Shown here piece after piece: positions 5,540 to 11,509 of a stretch of DNA of 11,509 nucleotides; position 1 is the stretch's first letter, and each line of letters begins with the position of its first letter. Origin of the DNA: Bdellovibrionales bacterium (GTDB taxonomy: Bacteria > Bdellovibrionota > Bdellovibrionia > Bdellovibrionales > Bdellovibrionaceae); assembly GCA_031370005.1 (NCBI GenBank), contig JANMPT010000009.1, positions 1 through 11,509 on the forward strand. The letters are read 5' to 3'. The notes under the pieces are model-generated. The model saw nothing but the letters and a program-made list of their open reading frames with translations, made no database searches and had not been told where the DNA came from. Made by a program: the position numbers and the translations under genes.

Positions 5540-7090
5540 TTACTCTGGGCGGATTTCAAACATATAGGAAATGGCCGGTGTGAGCGCATATTTTATATGG
5601 CAGGAATCATACCATACAGATTGCTGAGTTATTTTATCACAGCGCCAGTGCCAGATGGCTTTATTGCGTATCAAGACTGTCGTAGGAACACCTAAGGCCC
5701 CAGCAAGGTGGGCCGCAGCGGTGTCGCAACTCCACATTTGATCCAAGCAACTTATCCAGGCTGAGGTGTGCGCAAAATCTTGCAAAGTCGGTGCAGCATT
5801 GATGAGCTGGCAGCTGAGTTGACCGCCAGATTTTTCAATCTCGGTTTGTAGTATCGAAAGTTCTTCTTGGGTTGCGTCCTTTTGTAGGCAAATGACTAAG
5901 CAGGGCGCTTTCAAGATTTCTGATTCCCGTAAAAATTCTTGAATGGAGTAAGCACGAGTGCGCATAGGAGCGGTGCGGATATCTCCGTGCCAAACCATCC
6001 CATGAATTGGCAACTTTTTTGGATTTTTAAAATTTAATTCCGATTTATAATGTGCAAGCAAATTCTCAGGCGCTTTCAAATAGTCTGCGGTTTGGAGTGG
6101 GTTCCAAAGATCTGTCCGAGACGGAATCGACAAACAGTAGGTCCAAAAATCAGGGCGGGGTTTATTCTGCCAGTAACTTGCCTCTTGTGCTTTTACCAAA
6201 TCGTGAACCTGCATTGATGGGAAGCTCGACTGAACCAGAGCTAAGAGTTCTGGCCCTACAGCGGCTTCAATTTTAGCTCCCTCGCCTGTCAGAGCTTGAA
6301 GATAGCGTAGGGCAAAGATCTGATCGCCAAAGCCATTCTCCATTATTACCAGTAATTTTTGCTCTGATAAAAACTCACCTTCCCACATAGGGAAATCCAT
6401 AAAGGCTGTCGGGGCCGGGCAAGGGGAGCCCGGCATGAGACGCCAATCATAAAGCTTCCATCCTGCGCGAAATTCACCTTCGGCTAACAAACGAAGGGAT
6501 TGATTGTAGTGAATTACGGGTTTGGCGTAGGCCAAGGCTTTAAGTCGTCGTTCAGCTAATTGGACCAGATCTTTTCTGCCCGCCGCCTCTGCGATCGGTG
6601 CCAGGGCTTGCCAATATTCTACAAAATTCAGATTCGTCATTTCTGTTTTTGTTTGCGACAGCGGCAGCAGCATCGCGGCAATGGATGATTCAATATTCTT
6701 TTCAACCCCGAGCACGGCCGTAATTGCGGCTTTGAGCATTGAATCCGGTGCTAGTTTTAAAAACTCACGAGCCGCAGAAATCTGACCAAGCATCATTAGG
6801 GCCCGAGCCAGATGAATAGCAATCAGGGGCTCCCGATAAAGATTTTGAAAGGGGAGCAGGGCCTGGTGCGTTTGGGTTTGATAGGCGGCCTCTCCGAGAG
6901 TATCCAAGGTTTGCAGATCATAGACGCCATTGCGCACAGCCTCTTCGAGTCTTAACAAAGCCGAAGGCCAGGCTTGGCTCTGTGCTGCCAGTAAGCCCGA
7001 GGTCCGTAGGTGCTCAGGAGAGCCCCCCAGAGTCAGCGTTTTTTCAGCTTCGACCCATAGTTTGAATTTTTTCTGGTCAGTTATTTTCAT
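5540..7090 (-). CDS. TPR-like helical repeat plus GT9-like (GT-B fold) glycosyltransferase, paralog B (516 aa)
   Basis: YNQSLRLLAEGEFRAGWKLYDWR, MWEGEFLSEQKLLVIMENGFGDQIFALRY, and the GT9-type motif CDTAAAHLAGALGVPT...WHW. ATG 7090 overlaps the upstream TGA (TGATG) and is preferred over the track start at 7123. Confidence 0.82.
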   Translation of the reverse strand: MKITDQKKFKLWVEAEKTLTLGGSPEHLRTSGLLAAQSQAWPSALLRLEEAVRNGVYDLQTLDTLGEAAYQTQTHQALLPFQNLYREPLIAIHLARALMMLGQISAAREFLKLAPDSMLKAAITAVLGVEKNIESSIAAMLLPLSQTKTEMTNLNFVEYWQALAPIAEAAGRKDLVQLAERRLKALAYAKPVIHYNQSLRLLAEGEFRAGWKLYDWRLMPGSPCPAPTAFMDFPMWEGEFLSEQKLLVIMENGFGDQIFALRYLQALTGEGAKIEAAVGPELLALVQSSFPSMQVHDLVKAQEASYWQNKPRPDFWTYCLSIPSRTDLWNPLQTADYLKAPENLLAHYKSELNFKNPKKLPIHGMVWHGDIRTAPMRTRAYSIQEFLRESEILKAPCLVICLQKDATQEELSILQTEIEKSGGQLSCQLINAAPTLQDFAHTSAWISCLDQMWSCDTAAAHLAGALGVPTTVLIRNKAIWHWRCDKITQQSVWYDSCHIKYALTPAISYMFEIRPE

Positions 7091-7656
7091 CAGTTCTTCC
7101 GTACGCGTAAAACAATATCCCACTGCACGATGGCGTTGGTATAGTGATTGGCCGCAAAATTTAAATCATATTGCGCGATCAGATTGTTTTGGATTCGCGA
7201 GGCCCAGGGTTCATCAAAAGAAGGCACAGCCTTTTCGAGAACAAAATCAACTTGGCAGTATATTCCCAGGGCGGTGTTGGCATATTTATTTTCAATATGC
7301 TGGCGGTTGAGCTCTTGATCAAAAAGCTTAAGCCCCTCAGGAAGAATTTTTCGTACATGGGTAGGGTCTGCATGGAAGGTCCAATGATCATGATGGGGAA
7401 CTTGTATATAAATCTTTGCTCCATCCACACAGACTCGATACATTTCCTTCATCAAGCCTAAAAATACTTTTGTTTCCTGCCCGACGTGTTCCAACACATG
7501 AGACGCACGTATCTCTTCAACAGAGTTTGTCTCAAAAGGCCAGGTGGTTTCTAAATCAACGACTTGATCGGGTTCGCAGGCTGCCTCTTTGTCGACATTA
7601 AGGTAACCAGGAAGCTTATCAAATCCACAACCCAAATTTAGTTTCAGTAATTTCAT
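7090..7656 (-). CDS. Class I SAM-dependent methyltransferase (Methyltransf_11-like)
   Basis: Motif I KLNLGCG, YLNVD, DLETTWPFETNSVEEIRASHVLEH, KEMYRVCVDGAKIYIQVPH and DPTHVR. ATGA overlap with the upstream gene. Confidence 0.88.
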   Translation of the reverse strand: MKLLKLNLGCGFDKLPGYLNVDKEAACEPDQVVDLETTWPFETNSVEEIRASHVLEHVGQETKVFLGLMKEMYRVCVDGAKIYIQVPHHDHWTFHADPTHVRKILPEGLKLFDQELNRQHIENKYANTALGIYCQVDFVLEKAVPSFDEPWASRIQNNLIAQYDLNFAANHYTNAIVQWDIVLRVRKN

Positions 7657-8336
7657 GTTTTGACCTTTTCATTAGGCTGTGAGTTTTCCAAAAATTGGCG
7701 AATGACAGCGGCGGCCTGTTCATCACCACGGGCCATATGTGCTTGAAGTTGGTCCAGCAGCTGTTGTTTCATCCCCGGATCTAGGGGGGATGGGCCGGCG
7801 TGCACCCAGAGTGATTTTTTAACTTGCAATCGCATATCAATCCATTCAATCACGTTCAAAGCTTGTTTTGATATGAGCTGAATATCTTCATAAGTAATTT
7901 TTTCTTCGGCAATGGCTTTTTGCCAATGTGGATCCAGGGTAAGGGAGGTCTCAAGAATTTCAAACCGCACGCCCAATTGAGCAGCAAGTCCCGTGGGCGA
8001 GTGACGGGGGTCTAGTTGCGCCAGGGTCTCTGGCAAAATGCCACGAATATACCCCAAATCTATTAAAAATAGATCATGCCGTGGATGAGGGATGCGCAAC
8101 TTCATCACAGCATCGTCGGCGCTGATTTGCCAAATCTTTTGTAGCAGCAAAGCTAAAGAAGAACCGCTTAAGCGGCAGGGCAGATCGCCCAAATCAATGG
8201 TGCCAATTTCAGAATTTTTCCACGGAATATTTTTCCAGCTATTCTGATCGGCCAGCGAAATGAAATTGCCCTCGGAGTCTTGAAGCTCGAATTTCTGTCG
8301 ATGGAAGCTCAGAGTTTTGAGTGCGGGAGTTGTCAT
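7653..8336 (-). CDS. Degenerate methyltransferase-fold protein, paralog of 7090..7656 lacking the SAM-binding glycine motif, with an extra C-terminal helical tail
   Basis: Colinear similarity by eye: PWKNSEI/PFETNSV, LRIPHPRHDLFLIDLGYIRGILPETL/IQVPHHDHWTFHADPTHVRKILPEGL, LDPHW/FDEPW and NVIEWIDMRLQVKK/NAIVQWDIVLRVRK. No GxG motif I. A Shine-Dalgarno-like AAGGA lies upstream of ATG 8336. Confidence 0.75.
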   Translation of the reverse strand: MTTPALKTLSFHRQKFELQDSEGNFISLADQNSWKNIPWKNSEIGTIDLGDLPCRLSGSSLALLLQKIWQISADDAVMKLRIPHPRHDLFLIDLGYIRGILPETLAQLDPRHSPTGLAAQLGVRFEILETSLTLDPHWQKAIAEEKITYEDIQLISKQALNVIEWIDMRLQVKKSLWVHAGPSPLDPGMKQQLLDQLQAHMARGDEQAAAVIRQFLENSQPNEKVKT

Positions 8337-9846
8337 TAGTTAATTCCTTCGGTTTATTCGTCGTCGTAAAAAGCCAAGAAATTTCTGGAGCCAAAGCGTA
8401 CTGCACCAGAACACTTTCATACCAAACAGCCGCGCTTGCGGTTTCGGGCCGCTCGGCTGGATCTTGTCGCCGCCACTGCCAAATGGCTTTGTTTCGAGCA
8501 AAAACTGTGGTGGGGTGCCCGAGCGCTCCGCCCACATGGGCAACGGAGGTGTCGCAAGACAGAAGTCGATCTGAAGCAGCTATCCATGCGGCAGTGACCG
8601 CAAAGTCACAAAGCTCTGGCGCTGCATTTATGAATTGGCCTCCATTTTTTGTGACTAGCTCTTGCAGAGTTGTGATCTCAGCTGTGGCCGCCTCTTTTTG
8701 TAAAGAGACTACAATACAAGGATTCTGTTCAAGACCCGTGACTTGTGCAAACTCCTGAACGGAAAAGGCGCGGCTCCGATCTGATTCTGTATCTATGCGC
8801 CCGTGCCAGTTCACTGTGTAGACAGGCAAGCTCAAGGGGTTCAGACTCTGGATTCTTTCAGTAAATTTTTTTACTAAATGCAGCGGAGCACTCAGAAATT
8901 TCGCGGTATTCATGGGTCGCCAAAAACCTGCACGAAAGGGAATTGAAAGCCCATAAACCCAAAAATCAGGGGCCATAATATGGTCCCAATATCCAACAAC
9001 AGCGACTTCGTCTTCATTATGTACTTTTAAATTAGGATAGGTGGCTTGGATCAAGGGCAGAATTGCCGGCCTGGCGACAATTTCAATACTCGCGGCCTGT
9101 TCTAAAAGTGCCTGCACATATCTTAAAGCAAAGATCCCGTCACCAAGACCTTGTTCTAAATAAATTAATAATGTTTTATCCCGTAGGTCTTCGCCCTCCC
9201 ACATGGATATATTGCCGAGCTCAGTGCGATTGGATTGAGTGGCATTGGGGACTAAGCGCCATTCATAAAGTCGCCAGCCAGCACGGAACTCCCCCTTCCC
9301 CAACATTCGCAAGGCTTGATTGAAATGGATATTGGGATCCTTATAGGCAAAAGATTTTGATTTTCGTTCTGACAAGCGAACAAGATCCTCTCGCCCAACG
9401 GCATCCGCCACCGCTGAGAGTGCTCGCCAATATTCGGGATAATACAAGTCAGGATGAGCTTCCGCGACTGGTAAAACCTGGGCCGCAGTGGTTTTAATTT
9501 CAGTGCCTAATTCCAGCATTGCAAGCAGGGCGGATTTCAGTGCTGAGTCCTTGGCATAGCCCAAAAACTCATAGGAGGAGCGGACATCCCCCAACATCAA
9601 AAAAGCCCTCGCCATATGAGAAGCTAGTGTTGGATATTTATAATGATTTTGATAAGGCCCAAGGGCCTCAGGAACATTGGTTCTATAAGCGGCTTCGCCC
9701 AAGGCATCCAGCACCATTGGATCGAGTTGACCCTGTTGAGCCGCTGCGTTCAATAGAAGCAAAGCTTCAGTCCAATTATTGGCCATCGCGGCAGCCAGCC
9801 CCAGTGCGCGCGGTGTTTGGGTGGACGGGTTCACAAGCCTCTCCAT
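8239..9846 (-). CDS. TPR-like helical repeat plus GT9-like (GT-B fold) glycosyltransferase, paralog A (535 aa)
   Basis: FNQALRMLGKGEFRAGWRLYEWR, MWEGEDLRDKTLLIYLEQGLGDGIFALRY and CDTSVAHVGGALGHPT...WQW. Colinear with 5540..7090 over essentially the full length. Confidence 0.82.
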   Translation of the reverse strand: MERLVNPSTQTPRALGLAAAMANNWTEALLLLNAAAQQGQLDPMVLDALGEAAYRTNVPEALGPYQNHYKYPTLASHMARAFLMLGDVRSSYEFLGYAKDSALKSALLAMLELGTEIKTTAAQVLPVAEAHPDLYYPEYWRALSAVADAVGREDLVRLSERKSKSFAYKDPNIHFNQALRMLGKGEFRAGWRLYEWRLVPNATQSNRTELGNISMWEGEDLRDKTLLIYLEQGLGDGIFALRYVQALLEQAASIEIVARPAILPLIQATYPNLKVHNEDEVAVVGYWDHIMAPDFWVYGLSIPFRAGFWRPMNTAKFLSAPLHLVKKFTERIQSLNPLSLPVYTVNWHGRIDTESDRSRAFSVQEFAQVTGLEQNPCIVVSLQKEAATAEITTLQELVTKNGGQFINAAPELCDFAVTAAWIAASDRLLSCDTSVAHVGGALGHPTTVFARNKAIWQWRRQDPAERPETASAAVWYESVLVQYALAPEISWLFTTTNKPKELTNDNSRTQNSELPSTEIRASRLRGQFHFAGRSE

Positions 9847-9852
9847 AAATTT

Positions 9853-10857
<1,005 letters not shown>

Positions 10858-10986
10858 TCACTCCGTGATTTGTTGAAAGCGATTTGTTAAAAAAGAAAGA
10901 TCTTCAAAATGGTTGTTTATTTTATAGGGGAAGGGACCAAGTTTCGTCAACAGATCACGCACCAAGCAATTTGTTCGGAGACGCCA

Positions 10987-11011
10987 ATAAGCTCAACGAA
11001 AGTGAGCTTAT
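10987..11011. repeat. Intergenic hairpin with 9-bp perfect arms
   Basis: ataagctca (10987-10995), acgaaag, tgagcttat (11003-11011). With one bulged A it can close a C-GAAA-G tetraloop on the plus strand. Confidence 0.55.
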
Positions 11012-11218
11012 AACTGCATTAATTTGAGCTATTTTAGCTATTAGATCGGCAGTAACTTTGAAATCTCAAAAAAACCTCCCCATTGAGCCTCTGAACCCTG
11101 TTTAGATTAAGACTCCTGCTTAAGCTTCGAAGTCCGTGTTAATACCCAACAAAACTCACTATTTACAACAGAAATTAATTGCCATGTTTTAGCTTCTAAA
11201 CTATATTGCCCCAAATTT

Positions 11219-11509
11219 ATGAACAAACAAGCTAGCTTTTTTGACTACCACAAGATGAAAGAGACCAAAGCAAAATACGGCAGGACCTGCCATGGTGGAG
11301 CCACCTCCCGTGGACATCGTAAAGAGCAACGCCCCCTCGCCGCAGGAATGTGGATCCACCTAGTGCTCAAATCAGAGCACGCAAAAGGGGCTTGGAGTTT
11401 TTTGACTCCTGCAAATTCAATTTACCTAGATCAAATCCTAAGAGAAAAAGCCGCAAAGTTTGGGGTTTTCATTGCTGAGATCGTCAATGTTGGAAACCAC
11501 CTTCATATC
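11219..11509 (+). mobile_element. 5' part (97 codons) of a Y1/HUH tyrosine transposase (IS200 TnpA / REP-associated RAYT-like), truncated by the window edge
   Basis: Manually translated and absent from the ORF track: MNKQASFFDYHKMKETKAKYGRTCHGGATSRGHRKEQRPLAAGMWIHLVLKS...ILREKAAKFGVFIAEIVNVGNHLHI. It has the first-strand HLVLKS and the HUH motif NHLHI. The catalytic Tyr lies beyond the window. Confidence 0.78.

Noticed and set aside
5581..5605. XerC-arm-like sequence gcgcata suggesting a dif site
   Set aside because: It lies inside the GT-B coding sequence and there is no XerD arm (TTATGTTAAAT).
5290..9848. Remaining short overlapping ORFs in the track across the Fic and GT/MT genes
   Set aside because: Shadows of longer motif-bearing genes with no independent evidence.
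10953..11011. Superficial resemblance (tcacgcac...gcaa...gacgc) to a c-di-GMP-I riboswitch
   Set aside because: The P2 stem with its GNRA loop cannot be formed between the matching words and no P3 receptor is evident. A significant Infernal/Rfam hit would be needed to revive this.

Overview
An accessory-looking bacterial region that mixes a surface or protein modification locus with small selfish or defence-like modules. From left to right it contains: (i) a minus-strand pair made of a DUF6036/AbiEii-like nucleotidyltransferase and a translationally coupled unknown partner that runs off the left edge and is missing from the ORF track. A perfect 22-bp inverted repeat and a second, different pair of 26-bp palindromes precede the pair. 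(ii) A PAPS-making set, cysD-cysN on minus with a divergent cysC on plus, and no cysH or cysI in view. (iii) A wHTH-Fic protein with a non-canonical active-site motif, probably started at an AUU codon, behind a sigma70 promoter bracketed by five copies of a 10-bp half-site. (iv) A tightly coupled minus-strand operon: gap (GAPDH), TPR-glycosyltransferase A, degenerate methyltransferase, intact SAM methyltransferase, TPR-glycosyltransferase B. (v) The 5' part of a Y1/HUH (IS200/RAYT-like) transposase at the right edge, also missing from the ORF track. All family calls come from reading motifs by eye, and no database searches were run.
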